The notes: generated from the sequence alone by a model not told the origin. A stretch of DNA of 64,000 bases from an uncultured Candidatus Saccharibacteria bacterium (GCA_964532425.1 CAZHIA010000001.1:201481-265480), one strand, 5' to 3'; positions 49,770 through 60,261 are shown, counted from the first letter of the stretch. Made by a program: numbers and translations.

Positions 49770-50657
49770 ATGCAACACGAACTTAGGACCTATTCTCCAT
49801 TTGAAAGCGAAAAGGGCAATAGCGGGAGATATAACCCCTTATACGAGTCTGTCCAAATTTCATCGTATGAAGGGTATATTGCAAACCCCGACCGCCAAGT
49901 GGCTTGTTTTTCCCTGGAAGCGGAAATGCAGGCAAAAGGGTTTGAAACCACGGCCATCGGCAATCAAACCGGAATTTTCAGGGTATTTAAAAATAAGAGA
50001 CTTTTTGGGTTGGCCCAAATGACTTTTGACAATACGGCCAAGTCCCATGGTGTGTACTTGCGTTTTATCGATCCGGACGGAACGTTCCATAAGCAGTCGG
50101 TAATCTTAAACCCCAAAGAGTATGACAAGGACGACTTTGAAAACATCCCGCTCGCAGATGCCATAGAGGGCATGACCCAATATTCCGAAGCTCGGCAAAA
50201 AGCATTCGAAGCTTACAAGGCGTCTTTAATAGAAGCGGTCAATAAGGGAAAGCGAAGCGAAAAATATGAAAGCTGGTTCAAAGTTGAACAATATATAACA
50301 AATGAGAACCTAATTTTTTACCGGCTTATAGATTCCATAGGAGGGGAGCTGAGAGATTTTCCTCACTGCACCAATCGGGTCAACCATGACCGTTTGAATA
50401 CGTTAATCGCACATTGGATGGACTTGGACATAGACGATACTCAGTTTGCGCGATCGCTCTTGAAGGACCCAAAGAGCGGGGACTTCCTGTACCCGGAAGA
50501 CTACGAAAAAGTCATACTCAATGACCTTGCGAAAGACGGCGATGACGAAACCGTGAGAGACTTACGCGCCTTCCTGGGCCATGCTTTCCAATACAGACAC
50601 ATTGGACGAATAATCCATACAATTGAGCATAGCCCATACTTTCAAAAATCAACATAG
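49770..50657 (+). CDS. Hypothetical protein
   Basis: 295-aa ORF with TGnTATAAT upstream. Confidence 0.7.
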   Translation: MQHELRTYSPFESEKGNSGRYNPLYESVQISSYEGYIANPDRQVACFSLEAEMQAKGFETTAIGNQTGIFRVFKNKRLFGLAQMTFDNTAKSHGVYLRFIDPDGTFHKQSVILNPKEYDKDDFENIPLADAIEGMTQYSEARQKAFEAYKASLIEAVNKGKRSEKYESWFKVEQYITNENLIFYRLIDSIGGELRDFPHCTNRVNHDRLNTLIAHWMDLDIDDTQFARSLLKDPKSGDFLYPEDYEKVILNDLAKDGDDETVRDLRAFLGHAFQYRHIGRIIHTIEHSPYFQKST

Positions 50658-50812
50658 AAACCATTCGAAAACCGCTAGCCCTCCGCCAGCGGTTATATGT
50701 AAAAGAGGAACTGACACCTTGTTTGTTTATTAGAATATAGTACCGGAGGCTTCTGCTGGTGAATACATAGTCCTTTGTAGAATATCAAAATTTACAAAGA
50801 TTATCTTTGTGT

Positions 50813-50846
50813 ATGGGGGACTGAAGGAGTAAGTTTGAGATTTCTG
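50813..50846 (+). repeat. 34-bp imperfect direct repeat (left copy; right copy at 57709-57742)
   Basis: atgggggactgaaggagtaagtttgagatttctg vs atggtggactgaaggagtaaggtggaaatctctg, 29/34 identical. Confidence 0.7.
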
Positions 50847-51074
50847 CTATTTTTGAAACCGCGCTCTAGGGCGACTTTGTTTTGCAAAGGTCCCCACGCA
50901 ATGGTCACCTTGGTATACCTTGGTATATGATTTGGTCGTTCGGAAAAGAAATAATAAACTATTTCAATAATTTCAATAGCAATAAATAAGTCTTCATGCG
51001 CCTTATTTATTTATACTTGTTAAATAAGCCAAAAAATGGCATACTATCTGTGTAAATTACTATAGCCAACAATA

Positions 51075-53498
51075 ATGTTGAAGATCTATCTAAAACAAGA
51101 CTGGGATTATCCATCCAATTACGATCCCAATACTAACCCCGGACACTTCGCTGGAAGAGATAAAGAGAAGAAAGAATTAGTCGATGAATTCCTGCGTAAA
51201 GATAACGGTAGTATTTTAATTAGCGGCGCAAGAGGTGTCGGTAAAACCTCTTTAGTTTACTACGCATTAAAAGAGTCTCAAGTAAGAAATACAAATATTA
51301 TTCCTATTGTCCTTAATGCATCTCAATTAGAGCTCCATACTTACCAGGTAACTACTAAGGATAAGGATTTGCCTTATGTTATTATAGAAAACCTGATCAG
51401 AAGACTATACGGGTATTTTCAGACAGATGGTACTAAAGTAGAAATTAGTAACAAAAATTATCAAAAGTTAGGCAACCTTTACAAGAAAGCCACGGCTAAA
51501 GAATATAGTCACTCTGAGCGATATGGAAACAAGGATGAATCTGTTGACGAAAATACCGTTGAAGAAACAAATACAGCTGAATCTACTTTCGATAAAAAAT
51601 CTCTTATTAACCTATTTTACTTAATAGGCATTTATACTCTATTTGCTGATCAATATTTTAATATAGAATATTGGAACAAAATAATTGGCATAACCTTTTT
51701 ATTTATACCCACATTTAGTTATAAATATCTATTTAAATCTGTTAAAAAGAACTTAAGTAAACTTAGCAAATCTAATTCCGCAGAAGATTTATACAAGGAA
51801 GATAATTCTTTGGGCAATCTTGAATATGAACTGAATTCTCTACTAAAAGAGTTATGCAAAGAAGGCAAAAAAGTCATTTTTGTCATTGACGAACTGGATA
51901 AGTTGGAAGATTCTCAAGAGTCAGAATCTAAAAAAGTATTTGAAATTATTAAAACTTTTAAGAATCTTTTTACTTTATCTTCTGCTTTGTTTGTTTTTAT
52001 TACTAGTGATATTTCATATAATACTGTAATGGCAACGAGAGCAGAACGTAGAATGTATTACACTTTATTTACTAATCGAATCTTTTTAAATCGGCCAGCG
52101 TATACTGACTTGGTTAAATATCTTAAAGGTATTGTAGATTATGTTGACAATAGTTTAACCAAAGATCGACCAGAGTTTACAGCCTTAGAGCAAAAGGATA
52201 GAGAGAAATTAAATGGTCTCTTCAATCATTTATGTTATGAAGCAAAAGGAGACTATTTTGAGCTATCTTTTGTTATTAGAGACTACATTAATGATTACAG
52301 TACAGAAGGCGAAAAACAACCAATAATCAATCTTGAGGACGATAAATACTTCGGCTTTGATGATAGGCTGAAAGCTAAACTACAAATAGTAGTAGCTCAA
52401 ATATACGATATAAATAAAAATCCAGTCCAATCACGTTGGCATGAGAATGATGGAATACTATCACAGCTTTATGGTTTCTTTGAGCGTAATCTCGCCAAAG
52501 GAACTTTTAGAATTAACCAGAAAACTGAAAATCAGTTAATAAAAGATGATTTAATCACTTACCTAAAAAGATTAGAAATTATTAAACTTCTAAAAAAAGA
52601 ACCGGAACAAGAAAATTCGGAACCAGACGTTGTCCATGTTTATCAATGGACAAATAACATTCCTGGAGAAAAAAGCATTCCAGATATTCCCGAAGCTCCA
52701 AATACTTTATTTAATGAAGAGCAAGCTTTTATTAATATCGCTAAGAAATACGTTCAATTAATTAACGATATTGATGACTTGGAAACCGATGCTAAAAATG
52801 TTGCTGAAGGAAAGTTTGAAAGAGGATCCTATGATTTTGAAACTGGAATAATTCAAACCCGTGATGCCAGCTCCATAACTGGTATTAATGCCTTTAACTT
52901 TTTTGAAAAATACGATGACTATATTTCCGGATTACTTGATTCTAAGCCCGAACATATTAATAAAGCAGATTTAAAGAATTTCACTAAGGAATTTGAAGAA
53001 GAGTTAAACAAGATTAAAGAGGCTACACTAAATATATTTAAAAATCTACTAATTAAAGTATTTAACTCTACAGGTTTTCAACATGGATTTGCCACTTTAC
53101 CCGAAGACGGCTCATTATTCACAAGCCTGAATGACTTAAGGACCGAAGTTGTTAATAAAGGAGTTCCACATTTTGTAGTATATAACTTAGACCCTGAGAA
53201 ATCTAAGCAGCTTTTAGTTACTCAAAATATAGACCTGAATATTTTGAGTAATGAAACTATAAAGTTACTGGATAAAAATTTATCGTATAGAATACTCAAC
53301 ATTCAAACTAATTCAGCACTAGACTACTCAAATAAAAATAAGTACAAAGATCAAAAGACTGAAACTACTAAAGGCAAAAGTAGAGTAACCGAGTTTACAA
53401 AAACGTCCGATTCATTTATTAACCTTGTAGCTAATAATGATTTATCAGTTTATCCTGAAATGCTAAAATCTGTTCATGATTGGTTTAATAGTAAGTAA
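51075..53498 (+). CDS. KAP-family-like P-loop NTPase with two TM helices
   Basis: FAGRDKE, ISGARGVGKTS Walker A, two hydrophobic helices, IFVIDELDK Walker B; AT-rich. Confidence 0.8.
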   Translation: MLKIYLKQDWDYPSNYDPNTNPGHFAGRDKEKKELVDEFLRKDNGSILISGARGVGKTSLVYYALKESQVRNTNIIPIVLNASQLELHTYQVTTKDKDLPYVIIENLIRRLYGYFQTDGTKVEISNKNYQKLGNLYKKATAKEYSHSERYGNKDESVDENTVEETNTAESTFDKKSLINLFYLIGIYTLFADQYFNIEYWNKIIGITFLFIPTFSYKYLFKSVKKNLSKLSKSNSAEDLYKEDNSLGNLEYELNSLLKELCKEGKKVIFVIDELDKLEDSQESESKKVFEIIKTFKNLFTLSSALFVFITSDISYNTVMATRAERRMYYTLFTNRIFLNRPAYTDLVKYLKGIVDYVDNSLTKDRPEFTALEQKDREKLNGLFNHLCYEAKGDYFELSFVIRDYINDYSTEGEKQPIINLEDDKYFGFDDRLKAKLQIVVAQIYDINKNPVQSRWHENDGILSQLYGFFERNLAKGTFRINQKTENQLIKDDLITYLKRLEIIKLLKKEPEQENSEPDVVHVYQWTNNIPGEKSIPDIPEAPNTLFNEEQAFINIAKKYVQLINDIDDLETDAKNVAEGKFERGSYDFETGIIQTRDASSITGINAFNFFEKYDDYISGLLDSKPEHINKADLKNFTKEFEEELNKIKEATLNIFKNLLIKVFNSTGFQHGFATLPEDGSLFTSLNDLRTEVVNKGVPHFVVYNLDPEKSKQLLVTQNIDLNILSNETIKLLDKNLSYRILNIQTNSALDYSNKNKYKDQKTETTKGKSRVTEFTKTSDSFINLVANNDLSVYPEMLKSVHDWFNSK

Positions 53499-53585
53499 AG
53501 TTTACCGAATGCGTGGTACTAGAGGCTTTGAATTTGGCAAACTATTTTGCTCTAAATAAGGCATTTTTGGGCAAATAATATCAAT

Positions 53586-54245
53586 ATGACCACTAAGGAA
53601 CAAGTGCTTACTTTAATTTTCCAAGCTGTTCCGTCTTTCCAAAATTCAAAGATTTGGAAAGAGCATTTAGAATTTTGGGGAGATACAGAAGAACGAGGCT
53701 TGTACAATGATACGGCTGAATTGGCTAGATATATGGCGGAACAATATAAGGCTGGGGAAACTAAGGAACTTCCAGCATTATTCACATTGATTGAAAAGTT
53801 GTACCTCGAGGGAGATCATTACGTCAAAGAATTGGCAACAATTGGATTCTTAGAAGATCTTCAAGGCCAATTTGGTAATGCTGAAATAAAATCTGAGGTA
53901 TTAGAAAAGTATCTTGGACCTGAATCACAAAAATGGTGGAACTATTTAAATAACATTTGGTCAGGCAAGCTAAAGGAAAAATATCAATGGTTCCATGAGC
54001 GTGTTACTGAAATCGTCAATGCGCTTGACCCCTGGTATTTAATTTCAGGAGGTGCCCCCAAAGATGAATATAGCCAGGAAGTTACCCGAATTATAGCTGG
54101 TCTGAAGGATTGCGAAACGGAAGAGGATGCAAGGCAGCTTGTACTTAAACATTTAGGTGGCGAAAACAGTAGCAAAGAAGCTTGCGCCAAGATTGCCCAG
54201 CAGGTTTTCAAAATTTGGGAACAAATATTATTTTCCAAGGAATAA
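53586..54245 (+). CDS. Immunity-like two-domain protein
   Basis: FTLIEKLYLEGDHYVKELATIGFLEDL...LGPES module plus a DPWYLI...PKDEYSQE module. Confidence 0.6.
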   Translation: MTTKEQVLTLIFQAVPSFQNSKIWKEHLEFWGDTEERGLYNDTAELARYMAEQYKAGETKELPALFTLIEKLYLEGDHYVKELATIGFLEDLQGQFGNAEIKSEVLEKYLGPESQKWWNYLNNIWSGKLKEKYQWFHERVTEIVNALDPWYLISGGAPKDEYSQEVTRIIAGLKDCETEEDARQLVLKHLGGENSSKEACAKIAQQVFKIWEQILFSKE

Positions 54246-54249
54246 TTGT

Positions 54250-55176
54250 ATGTGGCCATTTAAGAAAGAAAATAAAAAATTCATGCTGCTTCAATCGGAA
54301 AAAGAAGGCAGGCCGGTTTGGATAACTGTCGATGGCAGCTTGAAAAATTTAGCAAAAAAAGATGAAACTCCCTGGTGTCTTTGGCTTGGAATACAAATTG
54401 AATCCCAAAAAGGATTACCGGACGAAAAGGAAGCAAAAGAGTTGAATGATTTTGAGGATGAAATTCAGAATAAATTATCAAAAATTGGTAAAATTCATTT
54501 TGTTCTTAGAACTACCTGGAACGGCCATCGGGACTTGTATTTTTACTTAAGTAAGGCAAAAGAATCCCATGAACTCCTATTGGGTATTACAAATTTACCA
54601 AAACCGCCGAAACAATTTCAATATGAAATTTCAAAAGACCCAAATTGGCAATCTGTTAATTGGGTATTTGAGCAACTAGATAAACAGCCTAAATCAGACA
54701 ATCCGAAAGATGAGAATAGTGTGACTTTGTTTGCTTTCAACAGCAATGAGAAACTGAAATCTCTTGCATATAGGGCTTTGAATGATGCAATAGAATTTAT
54801 GAAGAAAGATGGAAAATTTAACCCTTTCTGTTTAACAGAAAAAGAACTTTGGCGTCCAAAGTCCATTGGCGTTAATGAAAATATTCAAGAAATAGAAAAA
54901 CACATTGGTGTCTTACAAGACGAAACCATTGCTGTTTACTGCCATAGTGGTACAATCGGCATTCCGCCTTTTGGTAAAGAGGTAAACTGGCCGACACAGT
55001 TTGCAATATTTGTAAAAGCTTATGATAAAAACGAAGATAAAGGGTACTTGATTTTTCAGATGTATCGTCCAAGGACTGAAGCGGAAGGATTTGCTATATT
55101 AGGAAATACCACAATAGCACCAACTCCTAATATTTTTATTCATAGCTGTTTTCACGAAGGTGGCCTTTGCAAGTAA
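54250..55176 (+). CDS. DUF695-like protein with a C-terminal extra domain
   Basis: GLPDEKE...LNDFEDEI, TWNGHRDLYFY, DPNW. Confidence 0.65.
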   Translation: MWPFKKENKKFMLLQSEKEGRPVWITVDGSLKNLAKKDETPWCLWLGIQIESQKGLPDEKEAKELNDFEDEIQNKLSKIGKIHFVLRTTWNGHRDLYFYLSKAKESHELLLGITNLPKPPKQFQYEISKDPNWQSVNWVFEQLDKQPKSDNPKDENSVTLFAFNSNEKLKSLAYRALNDAIEFMKKDGKFNPFCLTEKELWRPKSIGVNENIQEIEKHIGVLQDETIAVYCHSGTIGIPPFGKEVNWPTQFAIFVKAYDKNEDKGYLIFQMYRPRTEAEGFAILGNTTIAPTPNIFIHSCFHEGGLCK

Positions 55177-55747
55177 TTTGGAAAAACGAATGAAAAGAAG
55201 AGGGCATCTGTGGTTGCGGATTTCAGAAGAATCTAATGCCTTAGATAATCTCCAAAAAGCATATTCATTTATCATTCAAACCCATTCTGATGAGAATGCT
55301 TGGAAATGGGTTATATTAAGTATCCACTCCGCTTTATTCAGTTTTGCTATATGCGCTTTAAAAGGTACAAGTACTATAAATGTAACTATTCAGACAAAAA
55401 AAGGTGAGAGATTGATTAGTTTTCCTGAAGCGATCGAAATGGTACAGGACGAGAATCGGATGAGAATGACCGTGATGAGTAAGCATCTCCAGTTAACAGA
55501 TGACGAAAAGCGCTCGATAGATAGGCTGCATACAGAATTTCGAAATGAATTAGAACATTACATACCTAAATTATGGGTAATTGAAGTTCCCATGCTGCCG
55601 AAGATGGTTACTCACTGCTTGGATGTAATTAGATTTTTAGCTATTGAGTCAGGTAATTACGATCATTTTAGTGGCTACCAAAAACGAAAAATCAAATCAC
55701 TGATTTTCCAAAGTAAGAAATTTCTTACAAAGATGACCTTCGTTTAA
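55160..55747 (+). CDS. Putative HEPN-domain protein
   Basis: Helical; WKWVILSIHSAL and the R-x4-H motif RNELEH; start may be ATG 55190. Confidence 0.55.
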   Translation: MAFASNLEKRMKRRGHLWLRISEESNALDNLQKAYSFIIQTHSDENAWKWVILSIHSALFSFAICALKGTSTINVTIQTKKGERLISFPEAIEMVQDENRMRMTVMSKHLQLTDDEKRSIDRLHTEFRNELEHYIPKLWVIEVPMLPKMVTHCLDVIRFLAIESGNYDHFSGYQKRKIKSLIFQSKKFLTKMTFV

Positions 55748-55826
55748 ATACCTGTTTCTACAGGTATTTTCATTTAGCATGGTATTATTATAGGAGGAGT
55801 GCTACCTATAATTTGGTAATAGATAC

Positions 55827-56150
55827 ATGCTCAGGTTTTTAAAAACTCTCCATACTGTTATCTGGGTAATAATGGCCTCTGCCAATTTTTTGGCTTTTTA
55901 TTTTGCCTACATCGGCAGATTTGATGCCTGGTTTTGGGTACCCTGCTTACTCATAGTGGGTGAGAGCATAATAGTAGCCATGAACGGATGGCACTGCCCC
56001 ATAACCCCGATTGCGGCGAAGTACACGAAAGACCGAAATCCAAACTTTGATATTTATTTGCCTCAATGGTTAGCCGAATACAATGTCCGAATCTTTGGCA
56101 TACTCATAGTCTTGGAAATCATTATTGTTCTGGCCAAAAGATATAGGTAA
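55827..56150 (+). CDS. Small membrane protein
   Basis: LKTLHTVIW, NGWHCPITP, NFDIYLP. Confidence 0.75.
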   Translation: MLRFLKTLHTVIWVIMASANFLAFYFAYIGRFDAWFWVPCLLIVGESIIVAMNGWHCPITPIAAKYTKDRNPNFDIYLPQWLAEYNVRIFGILIVLEIIIVLAKRYR

Positions 56151-56176
56151 AAAGTACAAAAAGGTACCTGACACCA

Positions 56177-56216
56177 TTTTGTTCCCGGATTTAACTCCCG
56201 GCATCTCAACCGTATA
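56177..56216 (+). other. Degenerate duplicate of the tmRNA 3' end (att-like scar)
   Basis: 35/40 identical to the ssrA 3' end, including an exact 18-mer tttaactcccggcatctc; inverted relative to ssrA. Confidence 0.8.
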
Positions 56217-56255
56217 TGAAAACCACCCTTCGACTAGTTCAGGGTGGTTTTGTGT

Positions 56256-56864
56256 TTACAAGGCACCGGGTACCTTTTCTGTTCCTTGCTTGGCAACTGC
56301 GAGGAAGACGTATTTGCGGGCCTCCCACTTCTTGCGGTCAGAAATCTCGCGGCTGTCTAAATACTTAAGACATGGACCTCCTAAACTCATTAATTCGGGC
56401 TGCCAGCGGGTGGACATGTAATACATCATCGGCGCTATCACGATTGGGGACTGAGATTTCTTTTTACGAACAAGCAGCTTATTACCTTGGTCTTCGTAGC
56501 CGCCACCCAAAGCCCAAACGAAGACTCCTGGATATTCTTTCAAGATCTCGGGGCAAATGGCGGAAAAAGCCAACCAGTGAATGATGGAAGCCGGGGCCAT
56601 ACCAAAGGCGTCCAGCTCCCTGAGGACCGTTGTGGTAATCATTTCGCGTTCGTTCAAAAATCCTCGAATCTCTACGGTTTCGGTTACATGTCTGCGGTAA
56701 CTATCGTACTTGTCTCTGACCGTTTGGGAAATACAAGTCATCCGTTCCTGGGCATGCGGAGTTTTCCGGTGGGCCGCCCGAAACATTTCTTCAAATGTTT
56801 TGGAGCGGTCAATGTTCACCGTAACCGGCAGATGTATGCCAAAAACTTCCTGTGCCTCAATCAT
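56256..56864 (-). CDS. Hypothetical protein
   Basis: 202 aa; AAGGAGGG RBS. Confidence 0.7.
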   Translation of the reverse strand: MIEAQEVFGIHLPVTVNIDRSKTFEEMFRAAHRKTPHAQERMTCISQTVRDKYDSYRRHVTETVEIRGFLNEREMITTTVLRELDAFGMAPASIIHWLAFSAICPEILKEYPGVFVWALGGGYEDQGNKLLVRKKKSQSPIVIAPMMYYMSTRWQPELMSLGGPCLKYLDSREISDRKKWEARKYVFLAVAKQGTEKVPGAL

Positions 56865-56977
56865 AAACCCTCCTTAATATGGTTGACTCGAAATCGCTCT
56901 TGCTCCTAAACGGACTCAGCAGGAGTAGGGGTTGCAATAAGGTGTCGTGTGCCTTTTTTGTCCCACACCCATTGCTC

Positions 56978-57020
56978 ATTATTCTAAAAAAGCTGCATAT
57001 GCAGCTTTTTGTAGAATGAT
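56978..57020. repeat. 43-bp palindrome (CTGCATATGCAG family)
   Basis: attattctaaaaaagctgcatatgcagctttttgtagaatgat between divergent genes. Confidence 0.9.
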
Positions 57021-57100
57021 AAGATTTTCAATGATTACCTTTGCGTGTCTGTCTTGACAAATTATAGTAGTCATAGTAGACTTTGTAGTCTTATAAAGAT

Positions 57101-57571
57101 ATGGAAGTAGGGGGGATTAAAGTGGAGGATATTGAAAGAAAGATTGTCCGTCCGGCAACTCGCCGTGACTGGCCGCGATTCGCATATGGTTTGGACAAGG
57201 CTCGAAAACTATTTGTGGCAGACGGAACGGAAGTGTATTTCCGTCATCTGCAAGTGGTGGAAGTCCACCGTCCGGTAACCCGTACTTTCACTAAATGGTG
57301 GGGTCTCAGAAAGTACCAAGAATCGTTCGATGAAATCGAAGAGGCGATATACTTCCAACCATCCGGTAGTGAGACGGCGTCGGACTACTTCTATTTCCGC
57401 TTCTATGAAGAAAAAGTGCTCTTGAAGGACTTGCCGGACGAAACTCTGTTCATTGCGACGGATAAGTTTGTGCGGAGGGGTGGTCGCATTGTAAGGAAGA
57501 AGAAGTCTTGGCTGAAGAAACTTATTTCAGCCCTCACACCCGCACCTGAGCCGGAGATTGTTCCTGCCTAG
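57101..57571 (+). CDS. Hypothetical protein
   Basis: 156 aa; TTGACA-17-TAGACT promoter at 57054-57082. Confidence 0.65.
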   Translation: MEVGGIKVEDIERKIVRPATRRDWPRFAYGLDKARKLFVADGTEVYFRHLQVVEVHRPVTRTFTKWWGLRKYQESFDEIEEAIYFQPSGSETASDYFYFRFYEEKVLLKDLPDETLFIATDKFVRRGGRIVRKKKSWLKKLISALTPAPEPEIVPA

Positions 57572-57796
57572 GCCATCAAACACGAATCGTTTAAAGTCTT
57601 TCAAGGCCGGGGGAGTTAGTGGCCTGTTAACCCCTTTCTCATTCGCAAGCGCCCCGCTTGCGAATTTTTATTTGTCAAACAACTGTGGTACCTTTTCCGT
57701 TCATATGGATGGTGGACTGAAGGAGTAAGGTGGAAATCTCTGTCATTGACGAATACCAGTTAGTGTGGTATTTTTGACTGTCTAAGGAGGACACAG

Positions 57797-58423
57797 ATGG
57801 AACTGCATTACGATTTGTCTCTCACGCGGATAGCGGATCCCGGCATGTATCAAAGGACTTCCAATTACGATACATTCTTTAATGAGCATTCGCACCCCTC
57901 TCTTCAGGAGATCGACGATTTTCTGGCCGCGGCGTTTGGCTACCGGATGACCGAGGAACATGATTTCGAGAACCGGCTCATGCCGACATCCGCAGCTGCC
58001 GCTGCGCCGAATAATCCCATCGAGCAATACTTCGTGCGAACAGCCATTTTGGCGAGGAATGCGCAACGCAGCGCCCGTCAAGGATTTCAGGCTCCGGCAA
58101 CGGACGAAGCCCGATTGCTCATCGACTATGAAGAGGCGCAAGACCGGAAGTTGAGCGTCTTCGTCGCCATCGGTATCGGGATCAAAAGAGCCGCGGCACT
58201 TATTGAAACCGAAGACCGCTTGCACAAAATGGTCCTCGAGCATCCTGACGGCGGCTTTGCTCTCCTCAAAGAAGTTTGGCAGGAGAACAGAGACGGCATC
58301 CAACAGGAGATCAACGAGCGTGCTGAGCAACTCACCGAGGATGAGGCCAAAACGCTGCTGGCAAAGGCGTTCGGTCTCGACTTCGAGCAGTACAACGAAA
58401 TCTTTTACGAACAGCCGTCTTAG
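57797..58423 (+). CDS. Hypothetical helical protein
   Basis: 208 aa; AAGGAGG RBS. Confidence 0.7.
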   Translation: MELHYDLSLTRIADPGMYQRTSNYDTFFNEHSHPSLQEIDDFLAAAFGYRMTEEHDFENRLMPTSAAAAAPNNPIEQYFVRTAILARNAQRSARQGFQAPATDEARLLIDYEEAQDRKLSVFVAIGIGIKRAAALIETEDRLHKMVLEHPDGGFALLKEVWQENRDGIQQEINERAEQLTEDEAKTLLAKAFGLDFEQYNEIFYEQPS

Positions 58424-58572
58424 GGGCGGCCTGCTGCCAATCGCAGAGCACACAGAACAAAGTGTGCTCTTATTTTATTGCAATTATGTTTGGCCACTTG
58501 AATGACCTTTGAAAATTTAAACGCTCGTCCAAGAATTCCAATCTTGGACGAGCGTTTGCGTGTGGTGGCGGG

Positions 58573-58965
58573 TTAGGCCACCTTGAAGTTCCACTGGCCG
58601 TTGTTGTGGACGTGGAGGTAGGAGGGGACGCCGGACTTGCTCGGGACTTGGAATACGATTACGGCGTCGGTCCCTGGGTAGTACTCCACGTTCGAGATGT
58701 AGTGGAAGTCTCCACCGCAGATGAGGTGGTGAGACTCGGCTTGGCGCCTGGACCGCGGACAGTCGTGGGTTACGGTATCGATCCGCACGTGGACTTCACC
58801 GCCATTGTAGTTTACGGCGACGATCGTCCGTGTTCCGCTTGCGGTATTCGGAATATCGAACGACGCAAATTCCAGTCCGCCGGGAAGACTCTCGAGCACA
58901 GTGGCTCGCCTGAGCACTTCTCGCGCTCTGGCAACATCGAAAGAAACGGTTGTGTTTGTGGACAC
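58573..58965 (-). CDS. Hypothetical protein
   Basis: 130 aa; AAGGAGG RBS; TTGACA promoter at ~59037. Confidence 0.65.
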   Translation of the reverse strand: MSTNTTVSFDVARAREVLRRATVLESLPGGLEFASFDIPNTASGTRTIVAVNYNGGEVHVRIDTVTHDCPRSRRQAESHHLICGGDFHYISNVEYYPGTDAVIVFQVPSKSGVPSYLHVHNNGQWNFKVA

Positions 58966-59111
58966 TTTAGTGCCTCCTTAGAATCCCTCATCCTGTTAGG
59001 GACTGCTTAGTCTATAATAAACAGGGTAGTTTGTCAATGGCTTTTTTAATAAGTTAAGGTCGTTCCAGGACTGGAAAATAACAAATTTCTTAGATAAATA
59101 TAAAGACGCTC

Positions 59112-59267
59112 TCATTTCGAGAGCGTCTCAATTGCGAGCCATAGCGTTGGGATTCCGACGACGAGCATGGAAGCCGCTATGTGTCTGTTGACTGAACGGG
59201 GTGCGGTGCGGAAAACCATACAGCCTCCGCAGAGAACAAGGAATAATCCGAGCAGCAAAAGAAGCAT
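59112..59267 (-). CDS. Small hydrophobic protein (51 aa)
   Basis: Manual translation MLLLLLGLFLVLCGGCMVFR...; AAGGAGG RBS. Confidence 0.5.
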   Translation of the reverse strand: MLLLLLGLFLVLCGGCMVFRTAPRSVNRHIAASMLVVGIPTLWLAIETLSK

Positions 59268-59451
59268 CTGTCCCTCCTTAACTGATAATGGTAATAAAGT
59301 AGGGAGTTGGCGTCAATAGTTGGATTTTTTTCTTTTGATCGAATTCATTACTAAATACCCCCGAAAAAGTGGTATTTTTGTATATCTTGACATATGCTTA
59401 AAAATATGCTAGAATAATTGTTAAAATCAATTCCAAGTTTAAGGGGGTAGT

Positions 59452-59907
59452 ATGGAAGTCCTCGATTTAACTTTCTGCAAAACGACTCAAGGTGGCAAGT
59501 ACCACCTTGGCCGCGTCGATCTCAATTCGATCGCCGACGAGCAAGTTCGCAGATTCGTCGAAACCCTGGTCCGCACTAAGCAAATCGTGTTCGACTGGGG
59601 GATGGATGTCTTCTGGGTCCACCCTACGCCGTTTGCGATAAACTACGAAACCGGCGCGATTCGCCGGACCGACACCAACGCCGAGATCGGCAACGATGGC
59701 TGGATCCCGTGCGATCCGCTGGACCTGCATTCGGCCCTCTCCTCGGTATTCGAAGGGGAGTGGGGACCGAGTTCGGTGGACAGCATCCTGAGCATGGAAT
59801 GTTCGGGGGTGCGTGTTGACCTCTGCGGCACAAAGACGTACGGCCCAGAGGATCCCAAGGGGTTTATGGAAAGCCTCAGGCGCGAGCTGGTTTCGCAACA
59901 GGGATAG
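59452..59907 (+). CDS. Hypothetical protein
   Basis: 151 aa; TTGACA-17-TAGAAT promoter at 59387-59415. Confidence 0.7.
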   Translation: MEVLDLTFCKTTQGGKYHLGRVDLNSIADEQVRRFVETLVRTKQIVFDWGMDVFWVHPTPFAINYETGAIRRTDTNAEIGNDGWIPCDPLDLHSALSSVFEGEWGPSSVDSILSMECSGVRVDLCGTKTYGPEDPKGFMESLRRELVSQQG

Positions 59908-59916
59908 GAGGGTGTC

Positions 59917-60138
59917 GTGAAATTGTTCGTCTACTGCTTTACTGGCCAAGAGAGCTCCCTCATCTTTACATCGCCGCTCGACTCAGAAGCGATGTGGGCC
60001 TACTTGGCCTCTCAAGACGGGGTGAGCGTCGAAGACGCCAAAGAGCAGTATCGCATGCAGGTCAGGGAGGTAAACCCTGCCGAGACTACTCAGGTAGTGA
60101 ACTTCTACTGCACTGACGGTCTTATTACTCTGAGGTGA
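59917..60138 (+). CDS. Hypothetical protein
   Basis: 73 aa; AGGAGG RBS. Confidence 0.6.
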   Translation: MKLFVYCFTGQESSLIFTSPLDSEAMWAYLASQDGVSVEDAKEQYRMQVREVNPAETTQVVNFYCTDGLITLR

Positions 60139-60261
60139 GGCGGGTGCACGGAAATAGCCTGGAATTCCAGGCAACAACGGTGGCCGTTAACTCGTGCCAC
60201 CGTTCTTTTTATTTATAGGTAAACCGTATAAGATCACAAACATCGTTTTAACCCCACGTCT

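Noticed and set aside
56177-56216. Second or two-piece tmRNA gene
   Set aside because: Only the 3' 40 nt match and the CCA is mutated; ssrA at 47138-47526 is complete
57709-57742. Possible tRNA gene (reverse strand ends CAGTCCACCA)
   Set aside because: No T-loop consensus or cloverleaf can be built; kept only as a direct repeat
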